From NCBI RefSeq assembly GCF_004010195.1, contig NC_057715.1, positions 12,784,409 through 12,848,408 of the forward strand: a stretch of 64,000 nucleotides of DNA, read 5' to 3'. The notes beneath the pieces were generated by a model. That model was not told the origin of the DNA. It worked only from the letters and a program-made list of their open reading frames with translations, and ran no database searches. The first letter of the stretch is position 1. Each line of letters begins with the position of its first letter. This DNA comes from Chiloscyllium plagiosum (taxonomy: Eukaryota). A program made the translations under genes and the position numbers. This document shows positions 1-12,700 of this stretch, piece after piece.

Positions 1-316
1 CAGAGTCACTGCCCTAAACTAAGGAGACTCGAAATCTCCTGATTATGCATATTTGTTTAACCAGCTAGCCCAGAGGCAGTGTCCTTAGCTGAGGAGACTC
101 TAAATCTCCTGGATAAATATATTTATTTAACCAGCCAGAACAGAGTCACTGCCCTAAACTGAGGAGACTCAAAACCTTCTGCTCACATAATTCACCAACC
201 AGCCCAGAGGCAGGACCCAAAACTGAGGAGACTATAAATCTCCTGGTTATATATATTTAACCAGCCAGAACAGAGACAGTGCCCTAATCTGAGGAGACTC
301 TAAATTTCCTGGTTAT
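1..316. repeat. Minisatellite, unit about 64-70 bp, about 4.5 copies (probably extends beyond the window start)
   Basis: Unit cagag..actgccctaaactgaggagactc.aaatctcctg...atttaaccagcc restarts at about 1, 71, 141, 205 and 271. Confidence 0.9.
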
Positions 317-740
317 ATGGAACGGGTTCAGAGGATGTTGCCTGGTATGGTTGGAAGATCGTATGAGGAAAGGCTGAGGCACTTGGGGCTGTTTTCATTG
401 GAGAAAAGAGGGTTTGGGGGTGACTTGGTAGAGGTGTACAAGATGATTAGGGGTTTGGATAGGGTTGACCATGAGAACCTTTTTCCACATATGGAGTCAG
501 CTATTATGAGGGGGCAAAGCTTTAAATTAAGGGGTGGTAGGTATAGGACAGATGTTAGGGGTAGATTCTTTACTCAGCGAGTCGTGAGTTCATGGAATGC
601 CCTGCCAGTAGCAGTGGTGGACTCTCCCTCTTTATGGGCATTTGGAGGATAAGGAGGTTGTGTGGGTTAGGTGGGCTTGGATCGGCGCAACATCGAGGGC
701 CAAAGGGCCTGTACTGCGCTGTATTTTTCTATGTTCTATG
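317..740 (+). mobile_element. CR1-clade LINE (HER1-like) 3' fragment
   Basis: ORF 317-652 reads ERVQR..MLPGM..SYEERL..LGLFSLEKR..GDL.EVYKMIRGLD..RGRFFTQRVV..WNALP, the CR1 ORF2 C-terminus; ends in a ttctatg tail. Confidence 0.93.
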
Positions 741-3740
741 AAACAGAGGTTATTCGGGTATGGTGATAAACCGGGTAGATATCTGGCGTATCTATCATCC
801 ATCAGAGAGTGTGCTGGTACTCTCACTTGCGACTCCAAAAAGATTAACGCAGCATTCAGGAAATTCTACTCTAGTGTTGTACCAGTCGGAGAGCTGTGAG
901 GACAGATTGGTGAAGATGGAGTCCTTTTTTAAGACCCTTGGAATTCCCAGGTGTAACTTCAGAGTAGGCGTCTCTTTTGAATGCCCCTCTGACAATACAA
1001 GAAATACAAAAGGCGGTGAGGCAGCCCAAGAGTGGTAAAGCACTTGACCCAGAGCGAGTTTTATAAAGAGTTTATAAACATGTTGGCCGGCCAATTCTGG
1101 ATATGTATGATTATTCGTACAGTCAGGACTGCCTCCCATCCTCTCTGAGAGAAGCAAATATCTCTCTTATTCTCAAGACAGGATAAACTCAGAGGATTGG
1201 ACTTTATATAAGCCCATATCGCTATTAAACGTGGATTTTAAAATTTTGTCGAACATGTTGGAGTTGAGATTAGAGAAGATCTTGCCCTCCATTGTAAAGT
1301 AGGACCAGACAAGTTTTATTCGGGGTCAGAGGTCTTCTAACAATATTAGAAGGGTACTGAATATGGGTCAGGTATGCAAACAAGAATCAATTCCAGGCTT
1401 GTTGGTCTCCCTGGATGCAGAGAAAGCGTTTGATCGGATGGACTGACCGTACCTCTTCTATGTCCTGGAATAATTTGGTCTTGGAGAGGTCTTTGCCAGG
1501 TGAGTGGCAGTGTTACATAGCGACCCTAAGGCAGCAGTTCTCACTAATGGTATACAGTCTGACAATTTTAGTATTAGAGGCAGTCAACAAGGGTGCCCCC
1601 TTTCATTATTGCTATTTACATTAGTGATTGAGCCGTTGACAGGGGCTATCTGGAGAGACCCCAATATAATTGCCCCGGAAGTAGGATGAGGAGGGCATAA
1701 GATTACCATTTATGCAGATAACATTCTTCTTTCTCTAGCTAACCCAACAGTATCTGTGCCCCGTTCAATACAAGTCATCAATTTATTTGGTTCTTTCTCG
1801 GGGTAGAAAATCAATTTTATGAAGTCGGAGGCCATGCCTATGGAGGGTCTTGTTTGAGTACCCGATCTTGGAGGTGGAGTCCGATTCCTTCTCAGGTGGT
1901 CACAGGGAGGTTTCCTGTATTTAGGCCTTTTTATCACCCCGGCCTTTGATCAATTATACAAAGCTAATTTTGTGCAGCAGCTGGAGAAGATAAGACAGGG
2001 CCTTCAGCACTGGGAGGATCTTCCAGTATCCTAGTTGGGTAGAATAGCTCTGGTCAAAATGAATGATCTTCCTTGTTTGTTATATCCCATGCAAACACTC
2101 CCTTCAATACTGCCCAGGCAGGCACTACGGAGGCTTTACAGTTAGCTCGGTTCTTTTATCTGGCGTGACAGGCGGCCTCTTATTAAGCTCACCAAATTGC
2201 AGCTTCCACAGGGGGTGGTGGGTGTGGACTTGCCAGATTTTAAGAAATATCAATTAAGTTCCCTCTTATCCTATGTGGCTGATTGGGCTTGCCAGGACCT
2301 GAGGTCAATACGGCTGGACATCGAGGCCTCCCAGGCAGAATGCCCCCCTCATTAATTTGTTTATGGACAAGATGAGGACTGGAATGGAGTATTGCAGAAA
2401 TCTGATTGTCCTTAATACAGTTAAAGCATGGAGAATGATGCAACAAAGTGAGGGCAATTTACAAAAAAACTTCCCCTTTTACTCCCATCGTAGGAATGCC
2501 AGGATTCCAGCTGGGATCGATGTATTCTGGCTTTAGGCTCTGGGAATCTAGAGGAGTTTTCTGTTTGGGAGATTTATTTGAGGGGGAGGTCCTGATGTCT
2601 TTCAAACAGTTGAGACAGATATATGAACTATCTAGGAGGGACCTCTGGTTATTTTCAGATTAGGGACTTTACATAGAAAAAGACAACATTAATGGTTAGT
2701 CCCTATAAGTCAGATGTGGAGAGGAGGGTACTCTGGTCCACAGGTATTCTTTCGGTCAGCACCCTCTATCATTTATTAGGAGGTAGTGTCTCGAAGGACA
2801 TTGAGCGGATCGGGATCTGGACTCAGGAATTGGGGGTGGAGATCTCATTAGAGACTTGAGAGGACATCTGGGAGAACGTAAGGAAGATTTTGATTTGCAA
2901 TAGAATGCAGGCCGTGCAACTGGAGGTGCTCCATAGGACTTACCTGGCACTGGAGTGGCTTGTGAAATTTAAGACAGGAGCGTCTCCGATGTGCTCCAAA
3001 TGTAAAATGGATATTGGTACTCTTACTCATTGCTTGTGGTCATGGCTCAAGCTTCGTAGGTATTGGGATGCTATAGCGAATGTCTTGGAAGGGGTCCTGG
3101 GAACCACGGTCAAGGTAGAGCCGGTGACCCTCCTCTTGGTTTGCCGAATCGCCCCTCTTTTGGGCACGTGCAGGAAGAAACTATTTAATATTCTTTCAGA
3201 TTGTGCAAGGAAGAACATTCTGATGAGCTGGGTGTCAGAGAATTGCCCCAGGACTCTCTGGGTGGTGTTGGTTAGTTATGGAGCACATCCCCCGGACCTC
3301 CTTCCAAGTATAGTGCACCAGAAAACGGATGTTTTATAGGACATGGCAGCCCTTTTTGAACTATATAGATGCAGACTTGTCAGCTATATTGGTCAGGGTC
3401 TTTGTGTAGCCGTGAGGACTGTGTCTAGCCGGGGCCCCTGGGAGGAAGAATTCCGAATGTATACGGGTATGCCAACTGATGCTCCCGGTGATGGAGGGCT
3501 TTGGTGCATTTACGCTGAGTGTTATAACTTAATTTAGTTTAATTTGCCTTGGTTCAATTTGATTTAATTTAGTTTTTTTTGTTTAATTTATTTATTGAAT
3601 TATAATATGTTTGTGGAGTAGAGTAGTAGTTTGTTTGCTATTATTGTTGTTCTATCACAAGATTGTTATACTTTTGTAGTAATTGTATAATTTTGTAAAG
3701 AATTCAAAATCTTTTTCTCAATAAAAATATTTACAAAAAA
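741..3740 (+). mobile_element. L1-clade LINE, 5'-truncated, disrupted ORF2 (RT and C-terminal Cys domain) plus AT-rich 3'UTR
   Basis: Fragments GDKPGRYLAYL, YKPISLLNVDFKIL, SLDAEKAFDR, RGSQQGCPLSLLLFTLVIEPL, IYADNILL, CSKCKMDIGTLTHCLW with stops and frameshifts; ends aataaaaatatttacaaaaaa at about 3720-3740. Confidence 0.9.
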
Positions 3741-3869
3741 TACCATAATTTATGAATGAAGAGTGTTTTGTTTCAAACCTCATAGTTTGACCAATCAAAT
3801 TACATTGGAACACAATGCCTTACTTGCCTTCTAAAATAAGAAGACATTGAGGTCTAGGCAATCTTTGTA

Positions 3870-4345
3870 ATGTATTTTCAGGGAGTTTGGTCTTGACCGT
3901 AGCACCATACTAGACAAAACATCCCATTTGATAGACATTCCATCTGACACCTTCAATATTCACTGCCTCTACCACTGATAGACTGAGGCAAATATGTGTC
4001 CCATCTATGATTTACGGTACAAATCACCAGAATTTCTTAGACAGCACATTCCAAACTTATGACCCCTACTATGTTGAAGGACAAAGACAGTACACACATT
4101 AGATCACCACACCTTGCAAATTCTCTTCCAAGCCATACACCATTCTAACTTGGAAATTTATTTCTTTTCCTCCACTGTCACTGGGGCAAAATCCTGGAAA
4201 TGCCTCCCTCATAAAATTGCAGATGTACAGACACAACACAGACTGCAACATTTAAAGAAATAGGCACATCACTCATTTCTAATGGGTAATTAGGAATGGG
4301 TAGTAAATGGCAAGCAATGTTCACATTATGTGAGTGAATGTTTAA
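3870..4345 (+). mobile_element. Decayed 3' end of a second CR1/L2-group LINE family (family B)
   Basis: Shares ...cactggg(t)caaaatcctggaa... and the 3' tail with copies at about 14.8-15.15 kb and 23.1-23.55 kb. Confidence 0.75.
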
Positions 4346-5149
4346 ACAAAGACAAAATAAGGTTTCCATACAGATACAGCAATTAATTAGGAAAACCTAA
4401 TGTTCTTTGTTTATTGCAAGGAGCATTAAATATAAAATTAGAGTTTCTGCTTCATTTACAGAAGACATAAGTGAGGCACCATCTGGAGTATTGTAAACAG
4501 TATTGATCGCAACTTAATTTACAACTGGATTTGGCAGGACTGCACAGTATTGATCAGATCAAAGAGCTTTGATTATCATTTGCAAGTACGTCCCTTCTTA
4601 AGTAACAAGATCACAACCTAACATGGTCTCACAATACCCTATGCAATTTGTATGAAGATCTCCCCACTTGTATATTTAATCCTCATTGCAATCCATTTGC
4701 CTACCTAATTACTGTACCTACCTGATAATCTTTTTTGTGTTTCATATTCAAAGACACTCACATCTCTATATACCACAGTATTTTACATTTTCTTTCTGTT
4801 GTATTGATATAATGCTCATAACAATTAGTTCCTATTTCATCATAAGAGTGTACATCCAGCATGCCACATATTACTGCTGTATATAGCAATGTATCAATCT
4901 ACCAGCATATTGTAAGCAGTAAAAAAAAAACTTGATGAGGCTTCAGCAATTTTAGTTTAAAGTGTAATTATTTCTAACTTATGGAACAAGAAGACAATGC
5001 TCTCCGTTTAAATAATATTTTGTCTTTATTCTTCCTGCCAAAATGGACAATCTTAAATTTTCTCACAATATATTCTATATGCCATTTTTTTTTGGTCACT
5101 AACTTAATTTTTCTATACCTTTGTGCAGATTCTTTGTATCTTTTATGTT

Positions 5150-5545
5150 ATGCAGGAAGGTTGTGCAGGTTGGACCTATAGTTATTAGACTTTAGAAAAA
5201 TGAGGCGGAATTTAGTTAAGACACGAAAGACTCTGAGAGGGCTTGACAGGTCCAATGCCTAGAGAATTATCATCCCTGTGAAGAAATCTTGAACGAGGAG
5301 GCACAGTTTTATTGTCAGGTGAGGAGAATTTTTTTTCTCTCAATCATTAATCTTTTGAATACTCTCTCCCAGTGAGCAGTGAAGGCTGGGTCTTTGAATA
5401 TACTTAAGACTGATTGTTCTGAGTTTTGATTGACAAGGGAATCATGGATTATGGGGACATGCAGGAAAGTGGAGGCAAGGCCACATCAGATTAGTTATGG
5501 TCCTATTGACTGTAGGCGGAATGGCCTTCCCCTGCACTTATATGA
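5150..5545 (+). mobile_element. Old CR1 3' fragment
   Basis: Degenerate match to the CR1 ORF2 end and 3'UTR seen in younger copies. Confidence 0.7.
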
Positions 5546-5599
5546 TATTGCTCACAAACGACTATCCTACTACTTCCACAGTCATTTCTTTTAAGACTG

Positions 5600-7850
5600 T
5601 AGATTTTAAGTCTTCAGGTCCTCATGAATTCCTAAGTCACATCATTTAAGGGACCAATGCTTACTCTAGTTATTCTATTTTATATATTTGTAGAAGTTTT
5701 AAAGTCAGCTTAATATTTCTTCCTACTTTTCTCTCAAACTGTAATTGCTTCCTTTTACTGGCATTTCTTGCTGGTTTTGAAAACTTTCCCTATCTTCTGT
5801 CATACAACTAGTCTTCACACATTGGATGCATTTTATTTCCATTTGATATCTTCCTTAGCTTCCTTAGTTAGCCACAGATGGTACATCATTCTCATAAGTT
5901 CTCCCTTTCTCAATGGAATATAATTTTGTTGAAAATTGTGCAATATCTTCTGAAATGAGTTCCATTGTTTCTCTACCATCCTGCCTTTTCACCTTTCTTC
6001 CCAAACCACTTTTGCCAACTCTGTCTTTGCACCATTTTAATTGGCTTTAAACTTAAGGCTCTAATTTTACACCTATATTTTTCACATTCAAACTGTGCTA
6101 CCATTGCCTTTGCTTTCCTATGAGGTCATTAATAATCCTTCTCATTTCATATTGACAAGTCTAACTTAGCCTGCTTCCTGGTTAGTTTCAGAATTTATTG
6201 TAGTAAGAATAGTCCTGAATATACTCTATCAATACATCCTGCAGGCTATCTTTGATTTTTCTAACGTTAAAGACTAAAATGGTCCATACTATTATTGGAG
6301 TACTTTTGCTTTCAAACAATCTTCCATTATTCTTTGTTTAATAATTATTAAGTTTTATTTTGTTCTATCTAAAACCAACATATCCTGTAATTGTTTTTGC
6401 TGCTGTGTAGACCTCTGAGGTTTGTGTGTGACAGTGACTTTCAGAAATGGAAGTGCATAGAGATTTCCAATGGCTATATGGCCAGCAGTTTAGGGGGTCA
6501 AATTGCCCGTAACTACTGTTAAGGAACCTACAAAATGATTTCACTAATAATGTCCTTTGTTTACTATTTCTTATCTCCACCACTTAATACAATCGTGGCT
6601 GATTCTAATAATTTCTCAATGATATACTAAATTAACTGGTCTGTTATTTCATATTTTCTGTCTCCCTCCCTTGTTGGCTAAGGGTGTTATACTGCTATTT
6701 TTCTAATCCAGTAGAACCTTTCATCCATGGAATTTTAGAAAATTACAATTGATGGTTCTATTATCTCAGTTGCCACTTTCATTAAGACCTTAAGATATAT
6801 GGTCAACAGGGCTTGGAGACCTTTCCGCCTTCAATCTCTGAGTTTGCGCAGTAATTTTTCTCTAGTGATGATGATTGTTCTAAGTTCCTCCCTTGCTATA
6901 ACGTCTACACTACTTGTAACTAGCTGCTAGTGTCCACCACCTTGAAAACTAAAGCAAAACATTGATTTAGTGACTATGCCACATCTGCTATTCGCCTTTG
7001 ATAATATGGTATGCCTTAGTTTTGTCTTTACATTACCTTTAACTTCCTTGCTTACCAATGGATGTTATTTTTTTCCTCCCTCTTAAAATATTTCTTCCTT
7101 TCTATAATATACTTTAATCAGGAGCAATTAAGAATCTCATTAAACCACTGCTACTGTTCTTAAAATATACAACCTTTTAGTCTTCCTGCCCAGTCCACTA
7201 GGGCTAGTAGATTCCAAATGAAACTACTAGTTTCACACACTTTAAAAATAAACTTTCTGCTTTTCTACTCTTACTACCGAAGTAAATAGCCCCCTATTTT
7301 TCCACATTATAATCCATCCTTCACCTTGTTGTCCTCTCGCTTCACCAAGATATGTGTTTTTGGAGCCTGTGTCCTCCTCAGAGCTTACTTGTCCACTTAG
7401 ATTTGTATTATCAGCAAACATTAGCAGGGATACAAATGGTACTGAATCTGAATTATTAACATTGATTATAAATAGCCAAGGGCCAGCTGATTCTTGTGAC
7501 ATTCCATTTGCCGCTCCACTCCCATATTGCTGACTTGAAAATGTACTATTTGCCCTCAATTCTTGCTTCCTTTTCATTAACCAATCCTCTATCCATTGCT
7601 CCATGTTACCTACAATTCCATGAGCTTTAATTTGGTGTAATCTCATGGCACCGAAACAAAAGCCTTTTGAAAATTCAAGTATACTTCATCTATTATTTCC
7701 CCTTTATCTACCTGACAAATTTTACTGCGTAACCCTCTAATAAATTTATCAAATGTGACTTCCCTTTGTAAAACCATGTTAACTCTGCTTGATAATGGTA
7801 TGATTTTCTCAGTGCATTGTTTTGACTTCCTAAATTTCTGGAAGTGAATT
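5600..7850 (-). mobile_element. Old CR1 ORF2 remnants (patchy)
   Basis: Minus ORF 7242-7646 has HQIKAHGIVGNMEQWIEDWL and MFADNT (FADD-like); upstream ccatgtt..ctttgtaaaacc matches the HGF.KG motif. Confidence 0.7.
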
Positions 7851-8514
7851 GTCCCATTATTCTAGATAATGAAAGAAAGATTTGGACTTACCTTTCCTTG
7901 TAATGTTTCGTTTACTTGTATGTTTTAGGATTTCTAGATTGAGGTAGTTTGATAAGAGAGATTTTGGGTGCAGTTTGCTCCACTGTGACATACTGAGGTT
8001 GTACCACAGTGATATCATGAATGGGAATTGTCAGCAGAACCACATTCATGATGTCACAAGATGAGGTCACCCAAATCACTTCACACTCCTCTGCATTGAC
8101 TTTTATCTGTTGTTGGGCTTTCCATTTCACTGGGCCCTGCAGTATATTGCTATTCTTGTCATTTCCATGATTAGGTCATCTGTAGTCTTTGAAGTAAGTC
8201 CTAAATATCCAAGACCAGGTCATAAATATGTATCAAAAGTGTAATGCTCCAAATACTAGTACCTGGATACTTCTATCTAGTCTGAAAAACACACCACCAC
8301 TACTTTCTGCTTTTGTCCCACAGTTTTTTTTACTTATTGATATAAGATTTCATTTTAATCCTATATCTTTTAATTAGCTAACAATTCTAATAGGTGCTTC
8401 TTACAAAACACCTTTTTTGAAAGCCATATCCACAACACTAACCTGACTAACCTCATCAATCCTCTCCATGACTTCAAGAACTTAATCAAACGAGTGAAAC
8501 ATTTTTGAAAAATT

Positions 8515-8840
8515 TGCTCAGGAGATAAGAGTGTCACTGGTTAGGCCAGCATCTATTGCCCAGAGGGAAATTAAGAGTCAACCACATTGCTGTGGGTCTG
8601 GAGTCACATGTAGGCCTGACCAGGTAAGGATGGCCGTTTTCTACCCTAAAGGACATTAGCGAACCAGATGGATTTTTCTGAATAGTTTCATGGTCATCAT
8701 TAGACTCTCAGCTCCAGAATTTTATTTCATTCAAATTCCACCTATCTGCTGTGACAGGATTTGAACCCAGGTCCCCCTAACATTACCTGGGTCTCTGGGT
8801 TAACAGGCCAGCAAAGGTACCACGAAGCTATCACCTCCCC
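8515..8840 (-). mobile_element. tRNA-headed SINE whose 3' tail matches the family-B LINE tail
   Basis: Minus strand begins ggggaggtgatagc..gtggta, has B-box gggttcaaatcc and ends gggcaatagatgctggcc..ccagtgac like the LINE tail at about 23500-23530. Confidence 0.75.
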
Positions 8841-8908
8841 ACTTTCACTTTAACAACTTGTTGATAACTTTTATTTATTAGTGCATAATTTCCCAAGTGT
8901 CAAATAAT

Positions 8909-9261
8909 TTAGACACGGTGGCTCAGTGGTTAGCATTGCTGCCTCATAGCGCCTTAGACACGGTGGCTCAGTGGTTAGCATTGCTGCCTCATAGCGCCAG
9001 AGCCCGGGTTCAATTCCCGCCTCAGGCTGTCTGTGTGGAGTTTGCACATTCTCCCCGTGTCTGTGTGGGTTTCCTCCAGGTGCTCTGGTTTCCTCCCACA
9101 GTCCAAAAATGTGCACGTTAAATGAATTGGCCATGCTAAATTGCCCATAGTGTTAGGTGTAGGGGAATGGGTCTGGGTGGATTGCTCTTCGGAGGGTCGG
9201 TGTGGACTTATTGGGCTGAAGGGTCTGTTCCCACAATGTAAGTAATCTAATCTAATCTAAT
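8909..9261 (+). mobile_element. HE1-type V-SINE with duplicated 45-bp head
   Basis: A-box tggctcagtgg, B-box gggttcaattcc, V-domain gtgtggagtttgcacattctccccgtgtctg..gggtttcctcc, CR1-like tail, (taatc)n end. Confidence 0.93.
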
Positions 9262-10058
9262 AAAGTACTGAATAAGTGTTTCCCCAGCAATGGTTATACG
9301 ATATTGAGCTGTAACTTCTCTTTATTTCAATGCTTTTTTTAAACAACTGTGTAATATTTGCAATCCACCAATCCTTTAAGCACCTTCCATATTAAGGAAG
9401 GATTGAAAGATTTAGACCTGCAAATTTTCCATCCTTACATCTCTCAAAAGCCTAGCATGCATTCCACCAGGACCAGGTGTTTTTCTCCTTTGAGGACTGC
9501 CAGTGTTTAAGTAACCTCTCTTTATCTATTTTTGTCCAATCCCTCATCAAACCTGCCTCCCCTCCTTTACTGTCAATTTGGCAGCATCAGATTTTAAACC
9601 ACAGCCCAGGGACTAGTCAATAGGTTGTCTGTATCTGTAAGCATCCTGGTCTGATGCATGATCTAAACATTTTCTTTAAAAGTCATCTGCAGCACAGACA
9701 ACTGACCGTGAATGCCTTGCAATCAATAAAATGCATCACTTAGGTAGATCATGCATTGCTCTCAACATGCACAAGACCAACAAGACATTTCTGTGAAGGT
9801 GCCTCCTCTTCAGATGGGTGCAGCCCTGCGGAACAAAGAATGAGATCATTTGTTTATTCTGTTTGAATTATTCACAGAAACACCATAATGACCTTTGGGG
9901 AAATCCAAAGTTGCAACTATAATTGACATGTCTTGAATGTAATAGACTCAGTTTAGTTGCTGTTCACTCCTCTACCCTTTAATATCCCTCCTAGTCTAAT
10001 CCTACTCTTTAGCTATAATCCACAGATCTGCAGGCACTAACAAAACTTGAGATAAGGT

Positions 10059-10276
10059 CATATTTTGGAGATACCGGTGTTGGACTGGGGTGGACAAAGT
10101 TAAAAATCACACAACACCATGTTATAGTCCAACAGGTTTAACTGGAAGCACTAGTTTTTGGAGCTCCTCCTTTTGTGTCCTCCATAACCACCTGATGAAG
10201 GATCGTCGCTCCAAAAGCTAGTGCTTCCGATTAAACCTGTTGGACTGTAATCTGGTGTTGTGTGATTTTTTTAACT
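10059..10276. mobile_element. Palindromic PLE-derived element with hammerhead-like core
   Basis: Inverted arms aaagttaaaaatcacacaacacca.. / ..tggtgttgtgtgatttttttaacttt; cacCTGATGAaggatcgtcgctccAAAAGCTAgtg at 10189-10223; flanking 12-bp direct repeat ttgagataaggt. Confidence 0.8.
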
Positions 10277-11149
10277 TTGAGATAAGGTGTTAACCCTGCA
10301 ATTGGCAGGTTGACAGTTTGTAGTACATACCTAAAAGGGGCATGCAAGTGATAATGTGTAGAGTGCGGGTTTACGTACTCTGCAATCATCCGCTTACCTC
10401 AAGAAATGATTTATTCACCACTACATTCTGTTCATTTAATCTGCCAACACAAAATCCTATCAGGAGTGGCTGACTTTCTGTCCCAAATGCTCTTCTGCAC
10501 GTTCTTTTCTAATTGCATACCAAAGGATCACCTGAGGAACAGGAACCATTAGGATGAGAAGGAGATGGCATAGATACTTCTTACTGTAAACGTCACAGAT
10601 ACCAACTATTCCTTCAAATTGCACCATACTCCATCTCATGTTCACTTTTACAATTAGGCTGAGAGTATCAAAAGGAAGAAAGTGTAGACTAAAATTATTT
10701 CATCCTTTCATGGACTTGTAGAGAAGTAAATAATTGACTGTGTAACACATTTTTAAATGAAAAAGGCTGAAATATTGCACCTCATTTCAGGTAATAGATT
10801 AGTTTTGTGGCATAACATTCAACCTATGCTCATATTTACTGCGAAACTCCAACCATAACCTACAGCAAGCCAATTTTTGTTCACTTTTCCACAAAAATCT
10901 GCTTCAAAACTCAATAAATCTTGTTCTCACCATATAACATGATTCACAATACTCCTTCAATGATTTTCCCAGTGGTGTCATTGGTATAAACCACAACCAC
11001 ATCTGAGTTAGTTGGAGAGGGTGTCATGTCAATCATTCAAATACCGACAATAAATGTTCAAAAATATCGGATTAAAAGCAAAGTTAGTTAAAATACCTTT
11101 CTCTGATCAGATGGAATACTAAATGAACAAATATTGTCTTGACTGAGTC

Positions 11150-11680
11150 ACAGAAACATAGAAAATAGGAGCAGGAGTAGGCCATTCAGCTCTTCGAGCT
11201 TGCTCCACTGTTCATTATGATCATGGCTAATAAATTAACTCAATCACCTGTTCCTGCCTTTCCCATGATATCCCTTAATCCTTTTAGCCCCCAGTGTTAA
11301 ACCTAACTAATTTTTGAAATCATGCAATGTTTTGGAATCAATTGCTTTCTCTGGTAGTGAGTTCCATAGGTTCACCATTCTCTGGGTGAAGAAATTTCTC
11401 CTCATCTCAGCCCTAATTGGTTTACCCCTTATCCTTAGATTGTGAACCCTGGTTGTGGACTACCCTGTCATCAGGAACATCCTTCCTGAATCTATCCTGT
11501 CTAGTCCTGTTAGAATTTTATGGATTTCTGAGATTCCTAACCAACTGAACCTCTCAATAGTCAGTACTGTCATCCCAGGCTGGTAAGCTTGCGCCGCACC
11601 TCCTCCATAGTAAGAAAATCCTTCCTCAGATAAGGAGAGCAAACTGCACACAATATTCCAAGTTCTCTTGCTATGAAGGC
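11150..11680 (-). mobile_element. CR1 3' fragment
   Basis: agaaacatagaaaataggagcaggagtaggccattcagc tail; KILTGLDRIDSGRMF on the minus strand. Confidence 0.85.
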
Positions 11681-11759
11681 CATCATTTATCACATCATTC
11701 TGACTGAAATGCAAAATGTGATAGATTTTAATTGTTAACTTGTACTTGTGGCTATTTCT

Positions 11760-12700
11760 ACCAAGCGATCTGTTGTCATGGCGTGCCATGCTCACCTGTC
11801 TTGATTCATTGTCTCATATTCACAGTAACTCAACTGTAGCTGCTCTGTGATGTCAGTCATTCCACTACCCTGAGCTCGACTCCTCTCTCTGCAGTCTTTC
11901 ACTTTACTCTGAGATCTCCGTAGACTTTCAACTCTGATCGAATGGCCAACATACTGAAGTTTTTTTTTGATGTTGCTTTTTAAGAGTTTATCTTCCTTCA
12001 ATTTCAAGTATCTCTGAATTGTCTATCATCTGTATGTGATTATTAACATGTATCTTAGCATCATCCATATTTAAAAAGTCTATTTTTTCTTTCTAAGATC
12101 TTTATTGTCCTGCTCTCTGAGGGCTGAAGGAAAGTGGATCGAATATAATGAGTAATGAGCTTTTTCCAGGTTACAGGTTTTCTTGAGTTTTCTTGTCATT
12201 GACACATTCTTCATCTTCACAAAACTTCCAGATATCTCTACTTGTGACTTCCATACTGCATCTGCCATTTGGTATTCTTATTTTTCTTAAGTAAACACAC
12301 ATCTACTTATGAGAACTGCAGATGATGGAGATCAGAGTCGAGAGTGTGTTGCTGGAAAAGCACAGCAGGTCAGGCAGCATCCAAGGAGCAGGAGAATTGA
12401 TGTTTCGGGCATAAGCCCTTCATCAGGAATGATAATGAGCTTTTTCCAGGTTACAGATTTTCTTGAGTTTTCTTCATTCCTGATGAAGGGATTATGCCTG
12501 AAGAGTCTGTTCTCCTGCTCCTCGGATGCTTCCTGACCTGCTGTGCTTTTCCAGCCACCACATATCGACACACATCCTTTTATTCCAATTTAACACCAGC
12601 CATGTCAATCTTCACTAGTTTCCTCTCAAGTATTTGTTCCATTACCATTGTTTGTAAGTTCAGTGTTCATTTCTTGATGAACCATATTTTAAACTCCTAG
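11760..12700 (-). mobile_element. Ancient RTE-like LINE remnant, interrupted by a PLE palindrome
   Basis: Minus ORF 11792-12007 LLKSNIKKKLQYVGHSIR...MTDITEQLQLSY...QDR resembles the RTE-type ORF C-terminus (KRKLQYFGH...W.D.I...AQDR). Confidence 0.65.
12311..12567. mobile_element. Palindromic PLE-derived element; loop contains a copy of flanking DNA
   Basis: Left arm ..gctggaaaagcacagcaggtcaggcagcatcc..tttcgggcataagcccttcatcaggaatga is the reverse complement of right arm tcattcctgatgaaggg..cctgctgtgcttttccagc. Confidence 0.9.

Noticed and set aside
1-316. CRISPR-like array
   Set aside because: Whole units are homologous with no unique spacers; eukaryotic context with no cas genes, so a minisatellite
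9654-9756. 12-bp inverted repeat atgcatgatcta / tagatcatgcat
   Set aside because: Short, no TSD and no second copy in the window; not enough to call a MITE
12311-12567. Palindromes as DNA-transposon MITEs or miRNA hairpins
   Set aside because: Arms are asymmetric, flanking repeats vary in length, and the arm is contiguous with a PLE ORF end at 14.7 kb
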